Positions 1 through 14,975 of a stretch of 64,000 nt of DNA are shown here, in pieces. The stretch comes from Eledone cirrhosa (lineage: Eukaryota). Under the pieces are notes generated by a model. It saw only the letters and a program-made list of their open reading frames with translations. It did no database searches and was not told where the DNA came from. The stretch lies in contig OZ024754.1 of the NCBI GenBank assembly GCA_964016885.1, forward strand, positions 1,922,001-1,986,000, in the 5' to 3' direction. The translations under genes were made by a program, and so were the position numbers. Numbering within the stretch: the first letter of the stretch is position 1; each line of letters starts with the position of its first letter.

Positions 1-245
1 ACCAATAACAACAACACCACCAACACCACTACCACCACTACCACCACCACCAATACCACCAACACCACTACCAACATCTACAAAAATAACATCATCTTCA
101 CAACCAACAACAACGACAACAACAACAACAACAACAACGACAACAGCACCAATAATTGGAACAGCAACAGCAATACTATTAATGTCACACCACCACCAAC
201 CACACCACCACCAACCATACCACCACCACCAACAACAACAAGTAA
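1..245. repeat. (ACC/AAC)n degenerate trinucleotide microsatellite
   Basis: Runs of acc/aac/cac triplets directly visible. Confidence 0.9.
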
Positions 246-1943
246 ACATATTTTATTCAAAATTAATCAGGAGTTCATTGAAGAAATTAACAAATTGCCA
301 TGAACAGTTTAATAAAATAGTCATTGGTAATCCGACTAATTTAATGCCACATGTCTGGGGGAGGGTAATAATTGATATCACCTGACAAAATACTTAACAT
401 TCGCTTGAAGTTCCTGTCATATTGTTGTTGATGTTGCTGTTGCAGTTGTGATCGTTGTTGCAGTTATTGATGATGATGATGGCGATGAAAATAGCATAGC
501 TGATGAGGAAGCTGTTCGTTTATGTATATCTTAGCATATATGAATTTCCAATCTGATGTTATACATACGTATATACGTACGTACGTACGTACGTACGTAC
601 GTATGTATATACGTATATATGCATGTATGTATGCAAGCATATATATATATGTATATATGTATGTTTTGTATGTATGTATTATCAATGTATGCATGCGTGT
701 ATGTACGTATGTATGCATGTATATGTGTATATGTATATGTATGTGTATATATGTATGAATGTGTGAATGTATACATGTATGTATCTATCTAGTTAGCTAT
801 TAAGATATCTATTTTCACTAATGTACCCACTATGCATGATACGATGTATTGAGTACCTCATTCATTGGTTGTCCTCTCTTTCCAAATACCGTGCACCCCT
901 AACCCTATTGCGCGAGGGTGGAATTATTCGGTTTGGTGTCAGAGCGCAGAGTAAGGCCCCCGTGAGTGAGAGACCTCTAGTCCTTAATGGCCCTAAAACT
1001 TCATGGTCCTGTCACCCATGTATAAGGACACGGTCAAGTGATGGCATTTCTCAAATCTAGGATGCAGCCAGTGTATTTGTTTATATTATATAGATATACA
1101 TGTAGGTACCCATGTATGTAGGATGTTTGTCCCTTTTTCCCTGTATTATTTACTTAGTTGGTTTAAAAATCCAACTGTGTATTCTCTCTCTCTCTCCCCC
1201 CTCTCTCTCTCTCTACCTATACACCCCGCTACATACAAACACATATATTTATATATTCACATGTGTGTGAGTCGGTATGTGCCTATAATAGTAATAATAA
1301 TAATATTAACGATCATCATAATCATAATAATTATCATCATTATTATTATTCTTGCTGTTATTATTATTATTATCATAGTTGTTGTTGTTGTCGTTGTTGT
1401 TATCATCTCTCCTTCTCGTTACTTCCATAGTAAGATGTCTAATCTCGCTTGTTTTAAGCCTACTCGACAATTATAATAATACAATCTTCACACCACAAAA
1501 CTTAGCCCGAGAGGAAATAAGCAATCTTTATCAAGATTTTCGTCACTAAAAATTAATTTTCTCTCCAAAACAATGGCTACAGCTTGTAAAATTTTGATGT
1601 TCGTTTCGAAGAAAAACGAAAATATATAATCGAATATATATCACCCATTATTGATGATTGTTGCTTTTGCTTGTCTTTCTATTTTTTTTTTTTTTTTTGA
1701 GATTTCATTTTCTATCCTTTTTATTTAATTTTCTTAGGTTTCTCAATTTTATTGTTTTCTGTTATATTATGTGTATTAAGAGTATATCTTGTTAGGTTGC
1801 CTTAGAATCTCTCAACTACTTCACTCGTGAAATTAACTCTATATTTACCTACTGTATGTTTTTCTTCTTTCACAATAATCTACTGAACCTCATTTAATCT
1901 ATATATCTGTTTCTCTATGTTCAATTTCATGACTCTCTTTCTA

Positions 1944-2012
<69 letters not shown>

Positions 2013-2050
2013 GCATACATAAAATACCCCACGTATATATATATATATAT

Positions 2051-2217
2051 GTTTATTCCGGGTCCAATCGGGGGTAACCACAGTAAGTAAGGTACTAAAT
2101 ACATAGCAGTGTATACACATTTAATATAGAAATGGCTTTTACAAGACTAGAACTGTTTTATTCGGGATTACTGATGATTTAACCCGAATGAAACTGCTCT
2201 AGGCCTGTAGAAGCCAT
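2051..2217 (-). mobile_element. PLE pseudo-LTR-like mini-insertion, family A, with 5' inverted duplication
   Basis: Flanked by (TA)n. Reverse complement matches 24756-24870 (shared tail ctgctatgtatt.agtaccttac...cccggaataa). Imperfect inverted repeat 2132-2166/2183-2217. The + arm carries ctgatga (2171-2177) and gaaac (2190-2194). Confidence 0.75.
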
Positions 2218-2232
2218 ATGTATATATATAAA

Positions 2233-2345
2233 TATTCCGAGGATTTGATCAGAGACACACACTGTATTTAAAGTCGAGTGACGCAATTCCGAGTGATCAG
2301 CGGCCTTTAGACTCAACTGATCAATGAAACAATTGTTAATACTGT
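2233..2345 (+). ncRNA. Type-I hammerhead-like motif with CCGAGGA core and long stem II loop
   Basis: tatt-CCGAGGA(2237-2243)-tttgatcag...ctgatcaat-GAAAC(2326-2330)-aatt-GTT-aata, then aataaa and a tail ending in (TA)n at about 2396. Confidence 0.55.
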
Positions 2346-2391
2346 AAATAAAAACCTTTTTGTACAGCAGACCATGTTATTCTTCACTATT

Positions 2392-2446
<55 letters not shown>

Positions 2447-2450
<4 letters not shown>

Positions 2451-2581
2451 AATAAAAGATGAAATCGAAAATGCAACTGGAGTCTTTTTTTTTATAAAAA
2501 TACATTTATTTGGTTCCTTTACCGGTTTCGCTTTTCTTCTTTTCAAAAGTAGAATTGAGATGGGGGGTTTGTGGTTTTTCT

Positions 2582-2582
<1 letters not shown>
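2447..2582 (-). mobile_element. PLE pLTR 3'-end remnant with hammerhead 3' half (GAAAC-CG-GUA)
   Basis: Minus strand reads gcgaaaccggta...aataaa...ttgcattttcgatttc, between microsatellites. Similar to 52167-52270. Confidence 0.45.
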
Positions 2583-2627
<45 letters not shown>

Positions 2628-3493
2628 TGGCTGAGATGGTACATGTTGTGTGTAGCTAAACTATCAACCTGAAACCACCATTTTATGGCTAGAGTGTCTA
2701 TGAGAAATCCAAAGTCAACCACATGATAATATCTTTATTTTATATGACGTGTTGGTGATTTGTCAAGTCCGGTATAATGTCTTAAATCGATTCATGTTAT
2801 TTTAAGAAAATACTAAAAAATTATGAGAAATAATTATAAAATGCAATTTATCATCTCCCGGATGTTTGTTAAAAGTATATTTCTTTCTATCTTAGAGGTA
2901 TTTGTTACAGACAAACACGCATAGACGCAGATAATTCCCTCACACACACAAGCAGAGTATCGTATATTTACATACACACATATTGTATATATGTGTATAT
3001 ATATATATATATATGCATATTTTATATATATAAAAGCATACATATATTATAGATATATATGTGTATTTATTCAGATTACTGCAATGGTTCTAATTGCATA
3101 TTATTATGTTCTGCCAATATATTAGTTTAGTTATATTATAAATTGAATTCAATTACTCCGAATTTCTTTAATAGCATATCATGTGGAAACTTATATTTAT
3201 CGGATCAAAATGAGATATCTTGCTGTGTTAGACATTAAAGCAAATAGAACCCCCTCCTTTCATTATTTCTTCTCTTTCGTGGCCTCTCATTCCTCCTCTC
3301 TCTTTATCTGTCTCTATCTTTGCCCTTGTCTCACTTTCGGCTCTAAATTGTGGAGGGAAATAATCTTCAACACAATAGGAGTGGGTGTTAGGTAGAATTC
3401 TTAATATAACAAATATGAATAGTATAGTTGAAATATTGCCAATATATATATATATACATACACATATATTCTAAAGGCTTCCAAAATGACCAA

Positions 3494-3920
<427 letters not shown>

Positions 3921-4180
3921 AATAACAACAATAGTATTGTGTTTACATCAATTCTGTCGGCTATGAAATAAATGTTATAATAATATGCGCGGTTGGAATG
4001 AGCAAATATAATCGATACACAGATCATTTCGTTGCTACTTATTTTATCAATGGAAACTTATTCAGAATATATCATTCCAACTAAAGGTTATTCAACAATT
4101 GACAATATAGCAAAGGTAACCATCACTCCCAAAAGAACCATGATATAAGATCTAATAGAAGGGTGTATGTATGTTATGTA

Positions 4181-4292
4181 TGTGACAGCTCACACCTATG
4201 CAGGTTTAACTGGCCTCCTCCAAGATATATCTCGTTGGAGGTGTCTTGGGTAATATAATGATAGGGACCCTAGTCCTATCATCTCATTTCTA
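4181..4292 (-). mobile_element. Fragment of CORE-like SINE family (body shared with 61543-61659)
   Basis: tgtgacagctcacacctatgc...gatagggaccc...cctatcatctcatttcta occurs at both loci. Confidence 0.75.
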
Positions 4293-4382
4293 ATAGAAGG
4301 ATGCTGACTGTGGATTTAAAACACACACTAAAATTACATGAGAAAATGTATGAATATGTTTGCTGTTACGTAAAGACTCCTC

Positions 4383-4552
4383 AGGGTCGGACGCCATGCT
4401 TTGCAGCACAGAGTTATGGCCCTTTATGGTCTGAGTTGAAATCCCGCCGAAGTTAACTTTTCCTTTCATCCTTACGGGGTCGATAAAATAAAGCCCCAGT
4501 AATGTACTGGGATAATTGCTGGCCTTTTGCCAAAAGTAGAAACAAATATTAC
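4383..4552 (+). mobile_element. tRNA-derived SINE, main family (5'-truncated)
   Basis: B-box-like gagttgaaatcc plus central cctttcatccttacggggtcgataaaataaag (Deu/Nin-like domain) and tail ccaaaagtagaaacaa; more than 10 copies in window. Confidence 0.9.
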
Positions 4553-4737
4553 TGTCGTAGGATTAAATGATGTCGATGAATTGGCAAAGCTGTTAGAGCG
4601 TCGGGTTAAAAACGTCTTCTTAATTGTTCACACACAGCTTTCCTATACCACGGAGCTACTTGTGTCCTTTAAAAGTTCTAGGGTGATCCGGGGAAACGCC
4701 TTCTCCATTCTGTTCCCCGGGGCTGTAGGGAGGCCGG

Positions 4738-4939
4738 CATGTGGGACCCCATTTGCTTACCATACAGACAGATGGGGCGGATGAGAGAGATGGAGGTGAT
4801 GACATTGGGAGTTCGGCTCTTCCACGTTCGGACAGAGCACGTGGGACCCCATTTGCTCACCATACAGAGATATGGGAAGGGGGGGGGCGAGGAGATGGAG
4901 GCGATGACACTGGGAGTTCGGCTCTTACACGTTCGGACC
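4738..4939 (+). repeat. About 100-bp direct tandem duplication (2 units) in a GC-rich repeat remnant
   Basis: gtgggaccccatttgct.accatacaga...gggagttcggctctt.cacgttcggac occurs twice, about 100 bp apart. Confidence 0.85.
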
Positions 4940-5421
4940 ATATCGTTGTGGTTGTGTTTAATATTCATACTTTTTAATTATGTATCCTTATATTTTGTGT
5001 ATCTAACTAAAATATGTACCACTCCAACATTCCTCTACCTCCCTGAATCAATTCCTTCCTAAACATATTTTTCCTTCCGTTTGTCCCTATTTCTCACCCC
5101 CTCTTTATTTCTCTGGAAGAAATCGGATGTGTTCCGACATGGAAAGTGATGTCCATGAAACATCGTTACTTAGAAAGGCGCCCCTACGTCTTATGTCGAG
5201 AGTTAAGGGCTTTTTAGATTTCATTTTGTGGAATTAAAGGAATCTTAATGCATAAGTATAAAAGGAAGACAGAAATATTATCTCGTTATTATTTTTACAT
5301 TAGACATCTTCTCAGGCAAACATTGTGAAGTTTGGGGAAACCATTTCCGCTTATATCAAAGGAACAGTTTTGCACAGCCCCCTGTTTTTATCTCTTTATC
5401 GCATTATTTCTTCCCCCCCCC

Positions 5422-5456
<35 letters not shown>

Positions 5457-6000
5457 TACAGAATGAAGAAGAGATATGTGAAAACAAAACAAAATAAAAT
5501 AAAATAAAATTAAAATTAAAAATACTGTCTTCTAAGTTTGTTGCGGAAGCTTTTAGTGGCTTTAATTACCCACAGTGTATTAAAATATCTAAATCTATAT
5601 TTTCGCAGCAGACGACAAAATAAGATTTAAAAAGAAAATGTTTAAATGCGACTACTGTGAGATTAGGAATTAGGACGTCTAGTGACGTATACAAGCAATA
5701 TGTTCAACTGAAGTTCAATAAGACAACGAGACAATCATCATTACATCACAAGTATATGAAATCTGCGATTTGTACCATTGCCGTCTGTGATATTTATGTA
5801 AATCAAGGTGAACTGTCCAGCAAGTAACGTCATAGTTATAGGATAAATTTAATTTAATTATTTTAACAAACAAATAATATATATATATATATATATACAT
5901 ACATACATAATGCCAATCATTGTAAGTTTGAATCTAACTGACATGCAAAAAAGATATATATATATGAATAAGGTAAGCACAAATCAGAGTAGATTCAAAT

Positions 6001-6003
<3 letters not shown>

Positions 6004-6080
<77 letters not shown>

Positions 6081-6085
6081 GAAAG

Positions 6086-6134
<49 letters not shown>

Positions 6135-6156
6135 AAGAAAGAGAGAAGAGAGAGAA

Positions 6157-6228
<72 letters not shown>
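6004..6228. repeat. (AG)n microsatellite
   Basis: Direct inspection. Confidence 0.95.
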
Positions 6229-6233
<5 letters not shown>

Positions 6234-6259
6234 CACCCCATCATTTTATATTGAAAAAC

Positions 6260-6564
6260 TTGAAAGTAAGTTTATAAGTATGAATTTTCAGTAGATTTTT
6301 GTAGCTGTCTCAGTGGCCTACCGGTAGGTAGACGAGACGGTGAAGTGTCCGGTCTTGGGTTCAATCCTGGTCCAGAGGTACATTTTATCTTTTTCAGTTT
6401 CTATTTTACATCCCATTGAAAAAAAAAAACTGGAAAGATTTACCGGGAATCTTATCCCCGATCAGGATTGAACTTCAAACCAGGATAACCACCGTCTATG
6501 ATTCTCCAAGTAGGCCACCGAGACAGCTACAAAAGTACAATGAACATTATTAATTATAAACGTA
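6260..6564. mobile_element. Family E: inverted-repeat element with two convergent tRNA-like heads
   Basis: A-box-like tggcctaccgg (6314-6324) and B-box ggttcaatcc (6358-6367) on +, mirrored by ggattgaac (6465-6473) and taggcca..gagacagctac on -. Homologous to 32518-32750 and 32920-33231. Confidence 0.75.
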
Positions 6565-6599
6565 CATACGTACATAAATAAATACATACATACATGATA

Positions 6600-7070
6600 G
6601 CTGTCTACTCGTTAGAAAGGCATGACCATCGCTGCCAGGTATACTTATACCCTGAACATCAGGTCAACAGTGAATTTTGAAGCCGGCGAGAGACTTGCCG
6701 GGTTTAGTTGTCTTCTCCGTGCCTCATAAATTTCCTATATTGTTCACAAGTATAACAATCGCGCTTATTGTTTGAACATTTTCCTTAATCCAGTCCAAAG
6801 ATTTGGAGGGAACTGTGTCAACTATATCCTTAGTGGCTTTGTTGATTTTCGTCAGGACTTTCCTTCCATGAGTTGGAATACGTTACTGTTCCCAGACTGT
6901 CTTCTAGAAGGTCCTGTTTATCTGGAGAGTGGCGGTGAGCAGTGATACTTTTGGGTAGCTTCTCTAGACTAACATAAGTGATCAGGAGACTTAATGTCCA
7001 AGTACATCTTTGATCTGTCCACTACCCTACACCATGGAAGCCACGTATATTGTAAACATCTTGACACACT
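6600..7070 (-). pseudogene. Decayed RTE-like LINE fragment (endonuclease-to-RT linker)
   Basis: Minus-strand peptide KATKDIVDTVPSKSLDWIKENVQTI resembles the RTE 'DWFDEN..EI' motif; an upstream PDH resembles the APE-terminal DH. Many stops. Confidence 0.4.
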
Positions 7071-7199
7071 TACGAACATATATTATATGTATATCTATAT
7101 ATACATGTATATATTTAGTGAGGTATATTGAGCGAAACACACACACAAAGAGAGAGAGAGAGAGAAGGTAGAACGAGAGTTAGCTTTGTTTGTGTATGC

Positions 7200-7236
<37 letters not shown>

Positions 7237-9864
7237 TACGATCACTATCACATTCCAATATCCGATGTATGTTGGTGAATAAACTACGTTGTTAGAATTG
7301 TGTGATATGAGGTATGAATATAATGAAGTTTTTAACCAAATATCTCATTATTTTATTCTTTTCACTGGTTATATTTAATATTCGTCGTTGTCTCACATTT
7401 TCTCTTTGTTGCTCTATTTTTACCTTTCTTTCGTCACACAATAAGTCTCCATAAATGAATACTCTACGCAAATTTAATGAAAAAAAGAATATAAAGAAAC
7501 GAAGAACAAATATCTACATAAATAAAACAGTACGGTATATGATAAAGTTTAAATCTTGCATTTATATATTCTCTATTATTTCATTCTCCTAATGTATCTT
7601 TGGAAATGGTTTGCCTGGCTTTTATTTGATGTGAACCGTAATTAAAACCTTTCACTGGTAATCCTATCACAGACCATCTACTGACCTCAGTGGTCCGGAA
7701 TGTACCATTCGTTGCAAACAAATAGTAATAATAATAATAATAATCATATTAGAATAAGTAAAAAAAAAAAGAAAATATATTAAGAAAATAATAATAAAAG
7801 CAAAGAATAAGAAAAACTATTAATATATCGGCCGTACATAAAGAGAAGGAAAAATGTCTTTTATATTTAAATTTTCATTCATAACCGTTTATCTTCTCAT
7901 CTAACTGAGATAACTGGTTTTAGTTGACTTAGATAAGCTTTTAGTGTTTTTCCCTCTATATTATTTTAATTTTTTTTCACTCTCGCACGGACCAAGGCGA
8001 AAGAATTGTTTAATATAAAAGAGTGAGAAGATGAAGAAGACAAAATGATAATTCCCTTTGACAGATACCTAAATGGTTTCTACAGTGCACTAATGTTACA
8101 ACTATAGAGTCTAGCTTTGTGATTCAAGACAATGCGGTGATGGAGGTGGAAGAATTGATTCCTGATACTTCGAAAATTGTGGAAGAAAAAATAGCATCTG
8201 TATACTTCTTGTTGAATTCTCTTACAGAGTTCTTAAGTTCGATTTCTCTCAAAGTAGTTTAGTAATATATATATATTTATATTTTAATTATATGGTCAGT
8301 TAATATTGAATATTTGAAGATCGTTTTCTTTTTATTTATTTAATTAAATTGATATTTATAATAATAAAAAAACAACTTAATAGAAAAAGAAAAATAGAGA
8401 TTTAGAAGAATGGAATGGAATGTAAAATAAGAAAATTTTTGACAGATAAAACAAAACTCACTGATTTGAATGTCTAAACTTTGTATTTCATCTTAATCAT
8501 GTTGTATCCTCTGAAAATATTAAAAAAAGAAAACTGAATGTTAAATACGCAGTCCAGGTTTACAGTAATCCTTTCGTTGAATTTACGGAAATATCTCCCG
8601 CAATTCACATATACCATCTTGACAAATTATACAATATATCTGAACCCTAAATACAAACACTGCCAGATTACTGGGGATTGTCATTCAATATATGTCTTCG
8701 CTATTACTGCTTGTATGTATTGATTTATAATTTCTGATGGAATTGAAGAGGCGCCGTTAAAATTTGAGCATTTTAAACCCACCGAAGACCATCACACCCT
8801 AGATTGAACACAGCTGATTTCCTCCAAAAATAGTGAGAGAGAAGTATAGAGGAAAAGAGAGGGAGAGAGATAGAAAAAGAGGAGAGAGTAGAGATAAATT
8901 AGAAAGAGTTGTAAAGGAATAACCGATTCCTAGTATAGGTTCTTTTTCATCAACATCGAAATGAAGAAAAGGAAGGAACAATTCTGTGGAATTTGACCTC
9001 AGAGTTCAGAGACCCGGAAATAATGCCACAAAGCATTATATCTGACATTATAACAACTCCACTACTTCACTGTCTTATTGTTTACTAGGAGTTTAACGAT
9101 AAAAACATGTGTAGGTTAATGTACGCACCAGTTCTCGTACAGTGAAAACAATATTGTAAACTTACCGAACTACGTGTTAAATATAAAGAATTAGTGTTCT
9201 ATTTTATATACAGTAAATATACTTTCAGCATTCCAGGTAAATTTCCATCTTGCTTATGTCTTTGTTTCATTTTGTCCATTCAACGACCAATATCCTTCTT
9301 TATTTTTACGTCATAATCATATCTGCGTCCTTTTTTTCTTTTTCTTCTTCTTGGTCTACTCCTCCTTCGTTCTCTTCCTCGTCATCATCATCATCATCAA
9401 CGCCATCTACTAATACTTTAGCTATTCCTTCTCATTTATCACCTACCCCACCACCAACACGATCCTCTATCTAATATCAATTTCTCTATTAAATAAAGTA
9501 ACTCTCACCTAAAACCCTCAAATCCCATTCTTCTTACATACATCAACACATTTACATTATATTTTCAATGTTTCCACGTCTTCTCTTGATTTATTTTACA
9601 ATATTTACCTGGATTTTCTCACCCTGGGGCTTATTTAGAGTTTTTTCCAAATTTTGTTGACGATAATTATACAAACTCCATGGTATATAAAGATAATATA
9701 TACGTTTATCTCTTATGTGTAGAACATAAAGACATAGGCACACAACATAAACATCCATCTATAAACAACCTATATATATATATATATATATATATTACAC
9801 ACGCATATATATACACATATTTAATGTGTATATATATGCGTTTATCATTCTTTCTCACTCATCT

Positions 9865-9973
<109 letters not shown>

Positions 9974-10178
9974 ACAAAGTAATAGATTAGGTGTAGGTTG
10001 GTGTGCGTGAAGGTGTGAAAATAGATAATAAATTTGCTTCTGGAATATTTATAAAGTTTATTATAGAAGAAAAAAAATGTCGTATTTACAAAGATTATAA
10101 TATTCAATTAAATGCAAAATAACCGCCAAATATGTAATTATATATATATATATATACGTGAGTATATATCTGCAAGTG

Positions 10179-10230
<52 letters not shown>

Positions 10231-10324
10231 TATGTATGTGTTTAAACATATATATATATATATATATATATTTAAATATATAAATATATATATATATTTA
10301 TATACGTATATATGTGTGTGTGTG

Positions 10325-10378
<54 letters not shown>

Positions 10379-10420
10379 AATATATATGTATGTGTTTAGA
10401 CATATATATGTATATATATT

Positions 10421-10460
<40 letters not shown>

Positions 10461-10889
10461 AATATATAAATATATATATATATTTATATGCGTATATATG
10501 TGTGTGTATACAAATATATATATATATATATATATTTGTATACATTTTTATACATGCGCTTCAGTTTACCGTTGGCTAAAAAATATATTCACCCGAAAGG
10601 TACCTGGGTGGATATTTATGAAATCACTTTTTTTGTTTTTGTTACTGCTGTTTATTAATATTATTATTATTACTACTACTACTACTACTGCTGCTGAAGA
10701 GACTTATTCCGGGGATAATTGATAAGAGAATGGCAATAACAAAATGAATATTTAAAATAAAAGAAAAAAGAGGATTGTGAGACTAAAAGAAATTAAGGTA
10801 AAAAATAGTTATAGGAAGGATAGAATTGAGAACTGAAGTAAGAGGTCGATAGACTGTATAAAGGTATGTGATTTGCTGCATATATATAA

Positions 10890-11770
<881 letters not shown>

Positions 11771-12105
11771 GAGAGAGAAACATGTATCTGCGTCTGTATC
11801 TATGCATATATAAATATATATATGTGTGTGTGTGTGTTTGTGTATATATTTATATATATATATGGAATATATAAATCTAAATATATAAAGTGATATCTAA
11901 ATGTAAAATCCATTGCCCAAACCCTTATCTCTCTCTCTCGCTCTCTCTTTGTCTCTCTTTCCCTCTCCCTATCTCTCTCTATCTCTCCCCTTCTTACTTT
12001 GTTGTGGATTAAAAACTTTCTTAACTAAGACTTATTCAGCAGTAATCAATATACATATAATCATATATTCACGCGCGTCCATATATACACACACATACAT
12101 ACACA

Positions 12106-12155
<50 letters not shown>

Positions 12156-12644
12156 GGAGAGAAAGTGAGAGAAAGTTGTATTAAGAGATAGGGAGGGAGA
12201 GAAAGTGAGAGAAAGTTGTATTAAGAGATTCACTCAGATTTGCACTACTGAAAGTTTCACAGTCGCTGCAAACACGTCTTATTTTTCAGATGCCATATAT
12301 GTGTGAGTGTGTGCTTCTGTACGTGTGTCTGCATGTGTATGTGTCTTTCTATGTGTGTACGTTCTTGTAGAAATATGTATATGTGTATATATTTTACTAC
12401 GTTAATCTCCCTACCCTAGGATATATTTCAATGATAAGAGGTGAGGATGATGCAGATATTAAACCGATATTATATATTGCTTTGCTTATTTTCTTGTTTA
12501 CATTTTTTTATCTTTGGTTTTCCATTTAATCTTTTTACTTAGGGATTTCTTTAATCTGTTTCTTGTTGTTTTTTTTTCTATTTTATTTTAGGATCGATGT
12601 TATAGATTGCATAGTGAGTTAGATATTATTTATAATAATAATAA

Positions 12645-12800
12645 TGATTGTTTCTACGTTAGGCACAAGACAGGAATTTGAAGGGGGAGGGGAATGTCGA
12701 TTACATCGACCCAGTGAATTACTGGTACTTTATTATATCGACCTCGTAAGGATGAAAGGTAACGTAACGTCAATATCGGCGCGATTTGAACTCAGAACTC
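12645..12800 (-). mobile_element. tRNA-derived SINE, related subfamily
   Basis: actggtacttta..tatcgacc.cgtaaggatgaaagg...gatttgaactcaga is the reverse complement of the main SINE core. Confidence 0.8.
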
Positions 12801-13368
12801 GGCAACATCGTTGATCTGAGAACATTTGTTACAACTGAAAGAATTTCATCTTTGTTTCAAGAATATAAAAACTCGTAAAAATTGTGAAATTCATTTTTCA
12901 CTCGTTTTTATACGCATTTTCTTTCTGTATAGTTGAAATTAAACTATTTTGTCTCTCTTGTTACTGAAATAATTCGTCTTTTCTCAAGAAAATCCCATAG
13001 AAAAGTTAATTAAAGAGACCCAAACATTTTTTTACATTTGTCCCTCGATTTATTTTATATATAAGTAAACTGAGCAAATACAAAAACTCCTGCTTCAAGG
13101 CTTACATTGTCACGCCAGTGGCGTGTCTTAAACAGATTCGAAAAACTTCCGTCAGTAACAAGTCTGTAGATGTGTGACGGTGATTTTGTACACCTCATAG
13201 AGAGAAAACGGCTGAACTAATATTAAGTAAACGACTTGTGAATATAGCAGTTTAACGTGTTCTTTTATAGACACATGAGAGTATATATCCAGACAGAATA
13301 TATATATATATATTATATATATGTATGTGTATTATATATATATATATAAACATATATGTACATATATA

Positions 13369-13405
<37 letters not shown>

Positions 13406-13502
13406 ATATATATATATATATAAACATATATGTACATATATAAACATATATATATATATATAAACATATATGTACATATATAAACATATATGTACATATA
13501 TA

Positions 13503-13548
<46 letters not shown>

Positions 13549-14006
13549 TGTATGTGTGTTTGTGTCTGTGTCTGTATGTGCTGCCTGTGGACACGAATGT
13601 ATGGAGACACAGTTGTATCTATATTCTATATTCTGTATAGTATTTGCTAAAATAGAAATTATTGATTATTTGATCTATTTCACTATCATATCAACGTAAT
13701 TTATGTTTTCCTATGGCAACTTATTAAAGTGGATTTTCTTTAATTATATTTGGCTCCTTCAGACTAAGCGTAGATTAGATTCTGTCCGCATATAAAGGTT
13801 TCTGAAAAGAATCTTTATTGAAATGAATCTAGTCGATTTATAATATTAGCAGAATAATGAAGAGTAGTACCTGGCAGCTGGCGAATAACATGTGGAGGTT
13901 ATTAAAATTGTTGAGAATCACAACTATCTATCACTTTAATATTAGTAGAAAGACAATGCTATTAATGAGTTAGAGAAAAATATTCGTTGAACATTATCTT
14001 AAACGT

Positions 14007-14450
14007 TGGATTTGGCAATATCGGTAGAGGGTCGGACGCCATGCTTTGACGCATAGAGTTACGGCCCTTGCCATTCTGAGTTCAAATCCCGCCGAGGTTA
14101 ACTTTGCCTTTCATCATTACGGGGTGGATAAAATAAAGTACCAGTAATGCACTGGGATAATTGGTGGCCTTGTGCCTAAACAGAAACCGGTGAATTGGCA
14201 GTATCGGTAGAGGGTTGGACGCCATGCTTTCTAGGATAGAGTTACGTCCCTTTATGATCTGAGTTCAAATCCTGCCGAGGTTAACTTTGCCTTTCATCCT
14301 TACGGAGGTCGATAAAATAAAGTACCAGTAATGTACTGGGTAATTGCTGGCCTTGTGCCAAAAGTAGAAACAATTATTATTATTGGCAGTATTGGTAGAG
14401 GGTCGGACGCCATGCTTTGACGTATAGAGTTACGGCCCTTGCCATTCTGA
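14007..14450 (+). mobile_element. Three head-to-tail copies of the main tRNA-derived SINE (third truncated at (AG)n)
   Basis: ttggca.tat.ggtagaggg heads at about 14012, 14195 and 14382, two followed by the full core and tail. Confidence 0.92.
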
Positions 14451-14606
14451 GAGAGAGAGAGAGAGAGAGTAAGTAAAAGAGTGGGAAGATGACACTTCTA
14501 TAGTGTCAATGCAACGAAAATATATTTATGATAAATATACCGTAAATTTAGAAGTACGATTGAGCGTGTGCGTGGGTAGGGAGTGGAGATGTCGTGCGTA
14601 TATATA

Positions 14607-14637
<31 letters not shown>

Positions 14638-14645
<8 letters not shown>

Positions 14646-14742
14646 ATATATAGATATAATGTATAATATATATTATTTATATGTCTGTTAGATAGAGAGC
14701 ATATTTATTTTGTTTATATGTATGTACATACACATCTACATC

Positions 14743-14777
<35 letters not shown>

Positions 14778-14865
14778 TATAATGTATAATATATATTATT
14801 TATATGTCTGTTAGATAGAGAGCATATTTATTTTGTTTATATGTATGTACATACACATCTACATC

Positions 14866-14905
<40 letters not shown>
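14638..14905. repeat. About 125-bp tandem duplication including a (TA)n arm
   Basis: tagatataatgtataatatatattatttatatgtctgttagatagagagc...tacatcg repeated at 14651 and 14774. Confidence 0.85.
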
Positions 14906-14923
<18 letters not shown>

Positions 14924-14939
14924 TGAGAGAGTGAAAGAG

Positions 14940-14975
<36 letters not shown>

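Noticed and set aside
6300-6372. Functional tRNA gene (also SINE heads elsewhere)
   Set aside because: A/B boxes are present but I cannot form a convincing cloverleaf, and the sequences are parts of dispersed repeats.
8065-8262. Possible terminal coding exon (65 open codons after ttccctttgacag)
   Set aside because: No recognisable protein motif and no partner exons; within chance expectation.
13102-13195. Possible minus-strand exon ending at a GTAAG donor
   Set aside because: Weak acceptor and no recognisable peptide in either open frame.
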